Positions 49,179 to 58,547 of a stretch of 64,000 bases of DNA are shown here, piece by piece. The position numbers and the translations under genes were made by a program. The stretch's first letter is position 1, and each line of letters starts with the position of its first letter. The notes below the pieces were generated by a model, which did not search any database, was not told the DNA's origin, and was given only the letters and a program-made list of their open reading frames with translations. The stretch covers positions 672,001 to 736,000 of the forward strand of contig OY969811.1 of the NCBI GenBank assembly GCA_963703315.1. The letters are read 5' to 3'. This DNA comes from an uncultured cyanobacterium (GTDB taxonomy: Bacteria > Cyanobacteriota > Cyanobacteriia > Pseudanabaenales > Pseudanabaenaceae).

Positions 49179-49855
49179 TTACTCCACTCAAGCGCAAAAA
49201 TTTTGACGAACTGATCCCTGCTGTACCTACTTCAGAGCAGTATCAATACTATTGGGGAAACGGACAAAGTGTATTTCGGCGTGTTGCCATTTCGATCGCC
49301 AGTGTGATTGTTTTCACGATTCTCTACAACCGTGTCCATGAAAATAATCCCAGTAGTTTTGCAGCATTGGCGATGTTTGTCTGTGCTGCCTTGGGGGGAT
49401 TGTATTGGATGTTAGAGCCAGTGGCACTAGCCAGCATTCGGAATGCTAAGTTGCGCCGCTTTGCCTATTGTGGTTTTTGGCAAGCGGAGGTGCTGGATGT
49501 ATATGTCTCTCAAGAAGTGCTTGCCCGTGAGGAAAAGGTGGATTCACGAGGAAGGATGGATGTTAGTTATGATGCTGAAAGTTTTTTAAATATTGAGCTT
49601 GGGGATGAGACAGATTTTGTGACGACATTACGTTTACCAATGAAGCGTGAACTTAAGCGGATTCGCCCTGAGCAAACAGTTTATATGTTGCTTTTTTCTA
49701 ACGATCGCCGTTTTGGTCGTGTTAGTCGTCTTACCTCCGATGCTTATATTCCGCAATACAATTTTTGGGTTGGAGATTATCCTTATTTGCGGCGCGATGC
49801 CTTTATTGATCTCACTAAATACATGGTGAAGCGATCGCAAAAAGTTGCCAATTGA
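49175..49855 (+). CDS. Conserved cyanobacterial 2-TM protein
   Basis: Overlaps the kinase stop (ATGA-type coupling); QYQYYWG and WVGDYPYL.RD motifs. Confidence 0.7.
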   Translation: MITPLKRKNFDELIPAVPTSEQYQYYWGNGQSVFRRVAISIASVIVFTILYNRVHENNPSSFAALAMFVCAALGGLYWMLEPVALASIRNAKLRRFAYCGFWQAEVLDVYVSQEVLAREEKVDSRGRMDVSYDAESFLNIELGDETDFVTTLRLPMKRELKRIRPEQTVYMLLFSNDRRFGRVSRLTSDAYIPQYNFWVGDYPYLRRDAFIDLTKYMVKRSQKVAN

Positions 49856-49927
49856 GTGGCGGCGCAAAGCGCCGCCACTCTTCTTCTGGGGTTTTGATTT
49901 GTAGTAGCTAACTCTTGCTTTGCTATA
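49854..49927. mobile_element. Family B element, left-truncated
   Basis: gagtggcggcgc aaa gcgccgccactc..ctggggttttgatttg..gctata. Confidence 0.7.
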
Positions 49928-50081
49928 CAACTATATATTGGATATATATTGGATATTTGTGATTGATCCCGATCATTAAGAAACTTGGAATATGTGCGCT
50001 ATGTCACTGCCAGCCATGAGACGATCCCCTACGCTGGGATCATGAATTAGCAAAGATAGCGATTATTTACAGGTAAAAACA

Positions 50082-50441
50082 ATGTTAGGTATTCAAACAC
50101 ACAAAACTAATCCGAACGACCTTCAAAATGTAGGCAAACAAATTTGCATTTATCGTAATGAAAGTGACGTAATTCAGATTGTCCGTATATCCCAGCCTAA
50201 TAGTGATTTTCTGGAAAGATCAATTTTGCCAAATCAATACATTCATTTTTCTGCATCAGTGAATGCACTGTTAGAAGTTTATGAAGGCATAATGTCAGGA
50301 TTGGTTCATGCTGATACGATTCCTTGTTATCAACTGGCAATTAACACAGACATAGATCGATTACAAAATCTGGTTAATGCCAAAAAATCTAGTTATGAAT
50401 TAGCTAAATCTTCACAGGATGTACTTGCTATAGTCATTTAA
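50082..50441 (+). CDS. DUF1830 family protein
   Basis: C.Y.N....QIVRI..FLER.I.P...F.A...A.LEV..DTIPC motif. Confidence 0.85.
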   Translation: MLGIQTHKTNPNDLQNVGKQICIYRNESDVIQIVRISQPNSDFLERSILPNQYIHFSASVNALLEVYEGIMSGLVHADTIPCYQLAINTDIDRLQNLVNAKKSSYELAKSSQDVLAIVI

Positions 50442-50633
50442 TACCAAATCCAATTTAGATAGGTGGCGGCGCTTTGCGATGCCACGCAAAAAAGAGAAAG
50501 AGAGTGCTTTGCGCTCTCTTTCTCTTTTTTGCTCTTTAATGATTGATTACGCAGACGATGCTTGATCGCGTCCCGAAAAAAACTACAATAAAATTCAATA
50601 GCAATCGATGACAAATTAAAAGAAATTAAGACT

Positions 50634-51929
50634 GTGACATATAAAGTTGGACTTCTCGGATTAGGAACAGTTGGCACTGGTGTTGCCAAAATACTCCAAG
50701 ACCCTGTGGGTCGCCATCCTCTGCTACCTAATATTGAAATTGCGCGTGTGGGCGTGCGATCGCTCAATAAGCAACGGGATGTGGCGATCGCCTCGGATAT
50801 TGTCACAGATGATTTGGAGTCGATTGTTAATGATCCTGCGATCGATATTGTGGTTGAGGTAATTGGTGGGATCGAGCCAGCAAAAAGTTTAATTTTAAAA
50901 GCGATCGCTAATGGTAAGCATATTGTTACGGCAAACAAAGCGGTAATTGCCAGACATGGTAATGAAATTTTTACAGCAGCCAAACAAAAAGGCGTATATG
51001 TAATGTTAGAGGCGGCAGCTTGTGGCGGGATTCCCGTGATCCAAGCACTAAAACAAAGTCTTGGCGGTAATCGGATTAGTGAATTGACAGGGATCGTCAA
51101 TGGCACAACCAATTACATTTTGAGTCGGATGTATTTTGAGGGTGCTGATTTTGCAGCGACTCTAGCAGAAGCCCAAAAATTAGGTTATGCCGAAGCCGAT
51201 CCTACTGCCGATGTCGATGGTTATGATGCCGCAGACAAAATGGCGATCTTGGCGAGTCTAGCTTTTGGCGATCGCATCAGACTTGAAGACATCTATCGTG
51301 AAGGTATTCGCTCAATTACTAGTGCCGATATTGGCTATGCTAAAGAGCTGGGCTTTACGATCAAACTTTTAGGTATTGCGAGAAGGGCAAAAGATGCTGA
51401 TCACAACAATCTCGAAATTCGCGTCCACCCTACCTTGATCCCGCTTCAGCATCCTTTGGCAAATATTCATGGAGTCACTAACGCTGTGCGGATTGAAGGC
51501 GATCCCATTGGTGAAGTTGTCTTTTCGGGACCTGGAGCAGGGGCAGGAGCAACAGCTAGTGCTGTAGTTGCCGACATTATCAATGTTGTAGCGGCTTTAA
51601 AATCCGTTCCCAATCAAATTAATCAACTGATGGGCTGTTCCCATGAACACTATGCCCAAATCGCCCCCATTGAAGACACTGTGACCCAGTTCTATGCGCG
51701 GTTAATTACCCATGATCTACCAGGAGTAATCGGTGATCTTGGAACTGCTTTTGGCAAGCATCATGTTAGCTTGAATGCAATTTTGCAAAAAAATACAATT
51801 CACGATGGACTCGCGGAAATTGTGGTGGTAACTCAACGGGTGAGTGAGTTAAATTTCCAGAAGGCGATCGCCGCCATTCGCGAATTATCAACATTACACA
51901 GTATTCCTACGGTGTTGAGGGTTTTGTAA
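50634..51929 (+). CDS. hom: Homoserine dehydrogenase with ACT domain
   Basis: GLGTVG, TANK, GIVNGTTNYIL, GYAEADP and GPGAG motifs. Confidence 0.97.
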   Translation: MTYKVGLLGLGTVGTGVAKILQDPVGRHPLLPNIEIARVGVRSLNKQRDVAIASDIVTDDLESIVNDPAIDIVVEVIGGIEPAKSLILKAIANGKHIVTANKAVIARHGNEIFTAAKQKGVYVMLEAAACGGIPVIQALKQSLGGNRISELTGIVNGTTNYILSRMYFEGADFAATLAEAQKLGYAEADPTADVDGYDAADKMAILASLAFGDRIRLEDIYREGIRSITSADIGYAKELGFTIKLLGIARRAKDADHNNLEIRVHPTLIPLQHPLANIHGVTNAVRIEGDPIGEVVFSGPGAGAGATASAVVADIINVVAALKSVPNQINQLMGCSHEHYAQIAPIEDTVTQFYARLITHDLPGVIGDLGTAFGKHHVSLNAILQKNTIHDGLAEIVVVTQRVSELNFQKAIAAIRELSTLHSIPTVLRVL

Positions 51930-51984
51930 GCAAAAGAGAATAGCGGCGCAAAGCGCCGCTACTCTTTTAGTAAGAGAGAATTCT

Positions 51985-53244
51985 CTATATCGTAATTTTG
52001 GGACTGTTATACCAGTTATACGTCGGACTATCAGGCTCATCGTCGATACCTAATTGACTCTCCGCACCATCAATGCGAATGCGTACCAGATATTCTCCAG
52101 TTTTGATATTGGCAACGGGAATCTCAATGGTAGAAGTACTATTTGCTAGGGGAGGACGATCAAATAGATAGACAGTAGGCTCCTCAATTGTCCATTCATT
52201 TAAAGCTAAAACCACTTTCTGCTTTTCACGGACGATCACATCCAGTTGTACTACAATTATCGCCGATCGCAAATTATCCTCAATCTCTTCTAAATTCTGT
52301 ACCGACAGATTAAGAATCGTCGGACAAAGGACAAATGGCAGCACATTTGAGGCAATCTCATTGGTCATTAGAGGCGAAGTACTAGCAATGCGATGCACCA
52401 CTTGCAAACTCTGCACTCCTGCTTGAATAGTTTCTAAAGCTAGAGAAGTTAGAGAAAAAATGATCTCGCGATCTTGAACAGAAATAGGCGCAATCACTAA
52501 ATCACCAATATGGATTTCTACATTCTGGTTTTCTAAATTGCGTCCACGAATCAGCAGCGTACTGCCAATTAAGATCGGTTCAAAACGACTACCCTGAACC
52601 AGCACCTGCTCAATGTAAGGTGATGCAGGAAATGGCGCAATTCCTGAAGGAGAAGTATCGCGAATTGGTAAAGCTCTTTGGAATGTCTCCCGACCTTCGA
52701 CAATCACTAGACAAGCTCGATAGGCAACCGATAGCACATAGGGAACTTGATAAAAGACAGACCATGCTTTAGACAAATCTTCCAAAGAAATATCTATAGG
52801 TACAACATTGATCTGTTGAATTTGATCAGCAAGATCGGAATCAGCTAAAAATGGAAATGTAGCATCGTTACAAGTAGAACGAATCAGTTCAGGGGTAAGA
52901 ATCCGCTTATCAACAAGAGTACTCACCACACTTCCCAAAATCCTCTGGGGTTGTAGTTCTGCGTCATTACCATAGCAACTCATCATGTAATAGAGATCGA
53001 TCGCCACTTGCCGATTGAGGGGACTTCCCTTAGAGCGATTGGGGGTAGAGTCATAGTTAGCTAGAGAAGGATTGCTAGTTACTTGGTACAAAAAAATGTT
53101 TACCCCCACTTCTGGCGCACCTGTAGAAATTCCCCCTGGCGGTAAAGTCGTAGCTCGCGCCCCTTCGATATCCTGTTGAATGACCGCTTGCAAGACTCGT
53201 TGCAAAGTTGCCGTAACTGTCGCGATCGCTAAATAATTACTCAT
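51985..53244 (-). CDS. DUF4255 / Pvc16-Afp16-like contractile injection system cap protein with Ig-like C-terminal domains
   Basis: MSNYLAIATVTATL, VNIFLYQV..N, L.YMMS.YG and LSKAWS..Y.LSVAY motifs; next to sheath and tube genes. Confidence 0.85.
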   Translation of the reverse strand: MSNYLAIATVTATLQRVLQAVIQQDIEGARATTLPPGGISTGAPEVGVNIFLYQVTSNPSLANYDSTPNRSKGSPLNRQVAIDLYYMMSCYGNDAELQPQRILGSVVSTLVDKRILTPELIRSTCNDATFPFLADSDLADQIQQINVVPIDISLEDLSKAWSVFYQVPYVLSVAYRACLVIVEGRETFQRALPIRDTSPSGIAPFPASPYIEQVLVQGSRFEPILIGSTLLIRGRNLENQNVEIHIGDLVIAPISVQDREIIFSLTSLALETIQAGVQSLQVVHRIASTSPLMTNEIASNVLPFVLCPTILNLSVQNLEEIEDNLRSAIIVVQLDVIVREKQKVVLALNEWTIEEPTVYLFDRPPLANSTSTIEIPVANIKTGEYLVRIRIDGAESQLGIDDEPDSPTYNWYNSPKITI

Positions 53245-53935
53245 CCGTACTCACCAAACCTAATTTTAAAGCCCTCACAATTGCTTGGGTACGACTAGCC
53301 ACACCCAACTTCTCAAAGACACTCGTTAAATGTGCCTTGACCGTGGCGATCGTCACATATAAGTAGCGCGAAATCTCCTCATTTGATGCTCCCTTAATCA
53401 ACCAGTTCAGCACCTCCTGTTCGCGATCGGTTAAATGAATTTTGGAATGCACCTGTAGCGATCGCCCCGCATAAAAATGAAAAATCCGAAAGAAACTAGT
53501 GGCAATATCAGGGGGCAAGAAAATCTCATCATTCATCACAGTGGAAATCGCATCGTACAACTGACTACCAATGCGATCCTTTGCCACATAGCCCCGCGCC
53601 CCTAACTGCATCGCTCTAAACACCAACTCATCCTCACGATGTGCCGACAAAATCAAAGCCTTGCCATGATAATCCAATTTTTTTAAATCCATTAAGACTT
53701 GCAATCCACTGTCTTCAGGTAATTCTAAAGCCAACTTTACATCCAAAAGAATCAAAGCAGGCTTCTGCTCAATTACGAGCTTGATCGCTTGCTCACTAGA
53801 GGTTGCCTCCCCCACAATCTGAAATTGTAGATAGCAATCATCACTATAAAAGCTCAGCAGCGTATGCAAACCTCGACGAAAAATGGAATCATTTTCTACT
53901 AATAAAACTGATACTACTTGAGCCGTTGTTGTCAT
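53237..53935 (-). CDS. NarL/LuxR-family response regulator
   Basis: REC domain (LLDV, GARGYVAK) plus LTDREQEVL..SNEEI..TVKAHL HTH; overlaps the DUF4255 start. Confidence 0.93.
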   Translation of the reverse strand: MTTTAQVVSVLLVENDSIFRRGLHTLLSFYSDDCYLQFQIVGEATSSEQAIKLVIEQKPALILLDVKLALELPEDSGLQVLMDLKKLDYHGKALILSAHREDELVFRAMQLGARGYVAKDRIGSQLYDAISTVMNDEIFLPPDIATSFFRIFHFYAGRSLQVHSKIHLTDREQEVLNWLIKGASNEEISRYLYVTIATVKAHLTSVFEKLGVASRTQAIVRALKLGLVSTDE

Positions 53936-54040
53936 AGATCATTCTTTTAATTTCTCACTAGCAGCAATAAAAACTTTTTCAAGAAACTTCAGTAGGTAAA
54001 TACGCTTACTCAGACATTTGGCTAACATCACCACAAACGC

Positions 54041-54145
54041 TAAGTAGCTGGGCGCAATTAAATATAAAACCCCAAAACCTGTGGCGCACGAGCAGCGTGC
54101 GCCACAGGTTTTGGATCTGGTTTTTTAATTATGCCTAGCTACTTA
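54041..54145. mobile_element. Family A MITE, full length, opposite orientation to the 17538 copy
   Basis: TA-agtagctgggcgcaatt..aattatgcctagctact-TA. Confidence 0.88.
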
Positions 54146-54261
54146 CAGCACGAATACTAGAGAAATACTGCCAAAATCAATACTTTTCCAGTAAGCTTTT
54201 CAACACATACGCAAATTATCTTGACTTTGAAATAAAACGTAATACACATTAAATTTCATCT

Positions 54262-54386
54262 AAAAGCTTTTATTAATCCTTAGCAATTGTTAACAAAACT
54301 TTTATTAATTCTTAGTAATTAAATTTTGTTTAATCCCAAGAACTTTTACTTAGTCTCATTTTAGTAAAAGTATAGACTAAAGTCTA
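54262..54386. promoter_or_regulatory. Candidate operator region of the divergent regulator/sheath promoter
   Basis: Direct repeats cttttattaat at 54267 and 54299; inverted repeat TAGACT-aa-AGTCTA at 54373-54386. Confidence 0.4.
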
Positions 54387-54448
54387 ATAACCCTTAAATT
54401 TAATCCTACCTACTGTATACCCCTATAGACATAGTTAAAGGGTGGCAT

Positions 54449-56158
54449 ATGGCACTAGACTACTTCGCCCCGGGCGTATACGTCGAAGAGGTTGATAAAG
54501 GCAGTCGTCCGATTGAAGGGATCAGCCTGAGTGTGGCGGGATTTATTGGATTTACAGAAGATGTTCGCGGTGATGCAGAACTATTCAAGCCAATGATGGT
54601 GACATCGTGGGATCAATATCGGGAATACTTTGCAGCTCCTGGATCTGACGGATACACCGACTTTGATGCTTACTTACCCTTTGCGGTTAGCGGCTGGTTC
54701 GTCAATGGTGGCGGACGCTGTTGGGTTACAAGTATCGGTACAAAATTGCCTGGTTCAACCCCTCCACCTCCCGAAGCAACGGCTTTAAAGATCGGCACAT
54801 CTAACAATAAGCCAGCCCTGATGTTTAACATCAAGCCTGCTGATGCCTCCGAAAGTCAATTAGCTCTGCCCTCCTCAGGCGATCGCCTCAAAGTGATCAT
54901 CCAAGAGAGTACTCCTAAGCCCTTACCTGATGATGCTCCTGCCGATGCTGAGCCACCTTTAAACACTGGTGAATTTTTCAATGTATTAGTTGTTCGTGGC
55001 GGACAAGAACTCGAAAGATTCGAGAATGTCTCCATGAATCCACAGGTAGCGACCGATGTTGCTGACTATGTAGTCACAGCGATCGCTGATTCCGAATATG
55101 TCACCATTGCCGACATCTCCACCAGTGGACAGCCTCTCTCCCGCCGTCCCGCCAATGGAGCCTACGAAATCGCACCACCTCCTTATATCTCCACAGTTGA
55201 TCGCTTTGCTCGCGACCTTCTAGGACAAAGAGACGATCGCACAGGCATTCAAGGGATGTTTGAAATCGACGAAACGGCAATGATTGCCTGTCCTGACCTC
55301 ATGCGCGTCTACGAAGCAGGACTGATCGATATCGATCAAGTGCATGGAGTTATGGAAATGATGCTCAGTATGTGCGAAAACTCCTTCCCAGGACCAGCCT
55401 TCCGCATGGCAGTCATCGATCCCCCACCGATCAAGCCATCTAAAGGCATGGAAGCCGTACCACCCGATCGCCAAAAACCTCAAGACGTAGCCCAATGGTT
55501 GAGTATGTTCAACCGCCGCTCCATGTTTGGCGCACTCTACTATCCTTGGATCAAGGTTGCCAACCCGCGCAAAGGTGGTAAACCCTCCTACATTCCTCCC
55601 TGTGGTCACATCATGGGTCTCTGGTGTCGTACTGATCAATCTCGCGGTATCTTCAAAGCGCCAGCCAACGACACCCCTAGAGGCGTACTCGGCTTAGCTT
55701 ATGAAACCAATATGCGTGAGCAAGAACTCTTAAACCCCATTGGCATCAACTGTATTCGTAACTTTGCCAGCTACAATCGCGGCTTCAAAGTATGGGGCGC
55801 ACGCACCCTCGTCGAACCTGACAACATTCAGTGGCGCTATATCAGTGTCCGCCGTCTGATCAGCTACATCGAGAAATCGATCGAAATTGGTACTCAATGG
55901 GTTGTCTTTGAACCTAACGACACCGATCTCTGGGCAAGAGTAACTCGCACCGTCAGCAATTTCCTTGAAGGACTCTGGCGTAATGGTGCATTATTTGGTG
56001 GCGCATCTTCAGAATCGTTTTACGTTAAATGTGATGCTTCTCTAAATACTCACGAAACCATGATGATGGGTCGTCTATTCATTGAAGTTGGCATTTGTCC
56101 AGTCCGACCTGCGGAATTTGTAATCTTCCGCGTCAGTCAATGGTCACCTAATAGTTAA
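54449..56158 (+). CDS. Contractile tail sheath protein (eCIS/tCIS Cis2/Afp2-4-like)
   Basis: APGVYVEE, F.NGG.RC, ALYYPW, PP.GH..G, KAPAN, WGARTL, WRYISVRR, VFEPN and PAEFVIFR motifs. Confidence 0.95.
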   Translation: MALDYFAPGVYVEEVDKGSRPIEGISLSVAGFIGFTEDVRGDAELFKPMMVTSWDQYREYFAAPGSDGYTDFDAYLPFAVSGWFVNGGGRCWVTSIGTKLPGSTPPPPEATALKIGTSNNKPALMFNIKPADASESQLALPSSGDRLKVIIQESTPKPLPDDAPADAEPPLNTGEFFNVLVVRGGQELERFENVSMNPQVATDVADYVVTAIADSEYVTIADISTSGQPLSRRPANGAYEIAPPPYISTVDRFARDLLGQRDDRTGIQGMFEIDETAMIACPDLMRVYEAGLIDIDQVHGVMEMMLSMCENSFPGPAFRMAVIDPPPIKPSKGMEAVPPDRQKPQDVAQWLSMFNRRSMFGALYYPWIKVANPRKGGKPSYIPPCGHIMGLWCRTDQSRGIFKAPANDTPRGVLGLAYETNMREQELLNPIGINCIRNFASYNRGFKVWGARTLVEPDNIQWRYISVRRLISYIEKSIEIGTQWVVFEPNDTDLWARVTRTVSNFLEGLWRNGALFGGASSESFYVKCDASLNTHETMMMGRLFIEVGICPVRPAEFVIFRVSQWSPNS

Positions 56159-56165
56159 AGTCTAG

Positions 56166-56200
56166 GGATTGTTTCCCTGCCGAAGGCAGGGAAACAATCC
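56166..56200 (+). repeat. Hairpin after the sheath gene
   Basis: ggattgtttccctgcc gaa ggcagggaaacaatcc. Confidence 0.7.
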
Positions 56201-56398
56201 TCTGTAGCTAGCTTGCGTAAAAAGCGCTATCACAAACTGATTTTTGTCCTGTCTTTTGGGGAGAAATCAGTCTATTTCTAGAAACTTATCGCTTTTTTAA
56301 GATTTGCAATGTGTTTTTTATGAATTCATTGCTTAGGTTTTTAGGATGATAAGTTGTTTGTATGAACACAGAAACTCATATTTTTTTAGGCAGAAAGA

Positions 56399-56872
56399 AT
56401 GGCTGATCTTATACCAATTCCTACTAGTCGATACTATGTAGAATTTAAAGGGTTGGAGAACAAATTAGTAAAGAGCGTCTCCGAAGTTACCTTTACAGCT
56501 CAGACAGCAGGACACGAAAAGCCCCTTGCCTCAACTAAAGACGGCAAGACAATTTGGCAGAGTACTTCATCAGGATTTGAAGAAAATCCCAACGTTACTC
56601 TTGAAGTGTATGTCACCGAAGGAGACATGGACTTTTACAATTGGATGCTGTCTACAATGCCAAAAAGTGAGGGCGGTAAGGGAGAGTGGTCTAGTATGCG
56701 TAAAGATGGCTCCATCGTTGCTTACGATAGTGAAGACAAGGAGGTGCTGCGTTGGAATCTCACAAAATGTTGGATTAAGTCTTACAAGGTGAGTGAATTC
56801 AGTTCTGAAAGTAAAGACCTAGCAGTTGAGACTTATGAGATTATTGCCGAACAAATCAACCGAGCTAAATAG
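56399..56872 (+). CDS. T4 gp19-like tail tube protein
   Basis: F..W..RKDGSIV.YD....EVLRW.L..CW..SY......AVET pattern. Confidence 0.85.
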   Translation: MADLIPIPTSRYYVEFKGLENKLVKSVSEVTFTAQTAGHEKPLASTKDGKTIWQSTSSGFEENPNVTLEVYVTEGDMDFYNWMLSTMPKSEGGKGEWSSMRKDGSIVAYDSEDKEVLRWNLTKCWIKSYKVSEFSSESKDLAVETYEIIAEQINRAK

Positions 56873-56933
56873 ATTTACCTAATTAACAAGCTCTAGGTAT
56901 AACGATTTAATAAATTTTTGAGGTCAAAAAACT

Positions 56934-57407
56934 ATGGCGAGTGGTGAAATTTTAGCTTGCTCCAAGTACTACTTCAACTTAACTGGACTTGACGACTTGA
57001 TTGTCAAAAAAGTAAGTGGTATTGGTTCAACCTTGCAAACTGCTGGAGACTCCAAATCCTACGGTGTATCTAAGGATGGTAAGTCAGTTATTCAGGCAAC
57101 CGTAACAGGCGTAACTAACAGTAAAATCACTGTTGAGTTTGTTTCTACGGTTGGAGATGATCGGCTTGTAAAATGGTATAGCGATTCGCATAGTGAGCCG
57201 ATCGCTGGCGGCGGTACAAAGACAAAGGGTGAAAGAAAAACAGGTTCAATCACTCTTTACAATCAGGGTGGTGAACCAGCAGCGACTTGGGAGATGACAG
57301 GCGTGATGCCTGCTAGCTATAAGTCAAGCAAATTTGAAGCGGGGTCAGAAGGGCTTGCGACTGAGACACTTGAGTTTGTATATCAAACTTTACATCGCAA
57401 AAAATAA
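56934..57407 (+). CDS. T4 gp19-like tail tube protein
   Basis: W...RKTGSITLYNQ.GEPAATW...GVMP..Y......ATETLE pattern. Confidence 0.85.
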   Translation: MASGEILACSKYYFNLTGLDDLIVKKVSGIGSTLQTAGDSKSYGVSKDGKSVIQATVTGVTNSKITVEFVSTVGDDRLVKWYSDSHSEPIAGGGTKTKGERKTGSITLYNQGGEPAATWEMTGVMPASYKSSKFEAGSEGLATETLEFVYQTLHRKK

Positions 57408-57426
57408 CTTTCATCCTCGAAGTAAT

Positions 57427-57513
57427 TACAGCGCTTGGCGCTGAATGAAAACCCAAAGAAATTTTTGAAAGCGACGCAAAGCGTCGCTTTCAAAAATTTC
57501 TCTGTACTACTTA
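57427..57513. repeat. Family E element between tube genes
   Basis: tacagcg..aaacccaaagaaatttttgaaagcgacgc aaa gcgtcgctttcaaaaatttct. Confidence 0.75.
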
Positions 57514-57557
57514 AGAGATTGTTTTCCCACCAATTTTGTGTAGCGCGGCGTAGCCGC

Positions 57558-57607
57558 GCAATATAAAAAAAGCAATATAAAAAAAGCAATATAAAAAAAG
57601 CAATATA
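57558..57607 (+). repeat. 14-bp tandem repeat (GCAATATAAAAAAA) x3.6
   Basis: Units start at 57558, 57572, 57586 and 57600. Confidence 0.9.
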
Positions 57608-57624
57608 GAGTTTGTGGTAATTGT

Positions 57625-58116
57625 ATGACCGACGAACCTCAAATTGAGTTTTTAGCTAGTTCTCGATTTTATATAGAAATTACTTTGCATGGTAGCCTTG
57701 AGAAAATTGATGGCTACTTTATGGAATGTAGCGGCTTATCCCGTAGCCAAGAAATGATTGAGATTGTGGAAGTAACTCCACAAATTTGGGGTAGGAGTGG
57801 TTCTACTAAGGGCAGAGTCGTCAGGACAAAAATTCCTGGTAATGTCAAAAGTGACAATATTATTCTCAAGCAAGGGCTTACTCTGTCCATGACCATGTGG
57901 AACTGGTTAAAGGCTGTTGAAGATGGCAAATGGTCACAACAATTCCGCGATGGGGATATTACCATTTACGATCAGTCCGCCACTGAGAGAGCAAGATTTC
58001 GATTTAATGGGGCTTGGCCAGTGCGCTATAAAATTTCTGACTTTAAGGCGGATAGTGGCGAGTTTGCCGTGACTGAGGTAGAGTTAAGCGTTAGAGATTT
58101 TTTACGGATTAATTAA
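57625..58116 (+). CDS. T4 gp19-like tail tube protein (Afp1/Afp5-like)
   Basis: RFYIE..F.ECSGL, KIPG..NIILKQG, W.W and RDGDI..F..AWPV motifs. Confidence 0.9.
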   Translation: MTDEPQIEFLASSRFYIEITLHGSLEKIDGYFMECSGLSRSQEMIEIVEVTPQIWGRSGSTKGRVVRTKIPGNVKSDNIILKQGLTLSMTMWNWLKAVEDGKWSQQFRDGDITIYDQSATERARFRFNGAWPVRYKISDFKADSGEFAVTEVELSVRDFLRIN

Positions 58117-58130
58117 TTTAATTCACTTCT

Positions 58131-58433
58131 ATGGTTCAAACCGAGTTTGAATTTACACTCCCCAAAGGATATGTTGACAGTGATGGGAATCTGCATCGTA
58201 AAGGTGTGATGCGACTATCAAGGGCGATCGATGAAATTACGCCAATGCGCGACCCTCGTGTAAAGGGGAATCCCGCTTATGCAACTGTAATTATTTTGTC
58301 TAGAGTGATCACTAAATTGGGGGGACTAGAAGAGATTAATCCTATGGTTATCGAAAATTTGTTTGCTAGTGATCTCAGTTATCTACAAAAGTTTTATCGT
58401 CAGATTAATGAGCTAGAAGAAGTAGAATCTTAG
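58131..58433 (+). CDS. Phage tail assembly chaperone-like protein of eCIS loci
   Basis: TEFEFTLPKGYVD..G.LHR.G.MRL..A.DEI..DPRV..LF..DL.YLQ.FY..IN motif. Confidence 0.85.
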   Translation: MVQTEFEFTLPKGYVDSDGNLHRKGVMRLSRAIDEITPMRDPRVKGNPAYATVIILSRVITKLGGLEEINPMVIENLFASDLSYLQKFYRQINELEEVES

Positions 58434-58435
58434 AT

Positions 58436-58523
58436 AAGTAAGTCGGCTTAATTAACTATAAAGATGCAAAACCTGTAGCGCAAGCTCAGCTTGTGCTACA
58501 GGTTTTGCATCTGGTTTCTAATT
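58436..58523. mobile_element. Diverged family A element at the end of the CIS block
   Basis: TA-agtaagtcggcttaatt..agatgcaaaacctgtagc..gctacaggttttgcatct. Confidence 0.65.
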
Positions 58524-58547
58524 CTCTTTATGTGATTTATTCAACTT

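Noticed and set aside
50438..51112. 224-aa antisense ORF, and similar shadow ORFs at 27728-28240, 26129-26614 and 55220-55639
   Set aside because: Antisense to well-supported genes with no protein-like motifs; explained by codon bias.
54449..58433. Prophage
   Set aside because: No capsid, portal, terminase, integrase or lysis genes; DUF4255 and the sheath type point to an eCIS-like system.
58380..58547. Programmed frameshift extension or small partner ORF after the tail chaperone
   Set aside because: Downstream DNA is stop-rich repeat sequence with no plausible coding frame.
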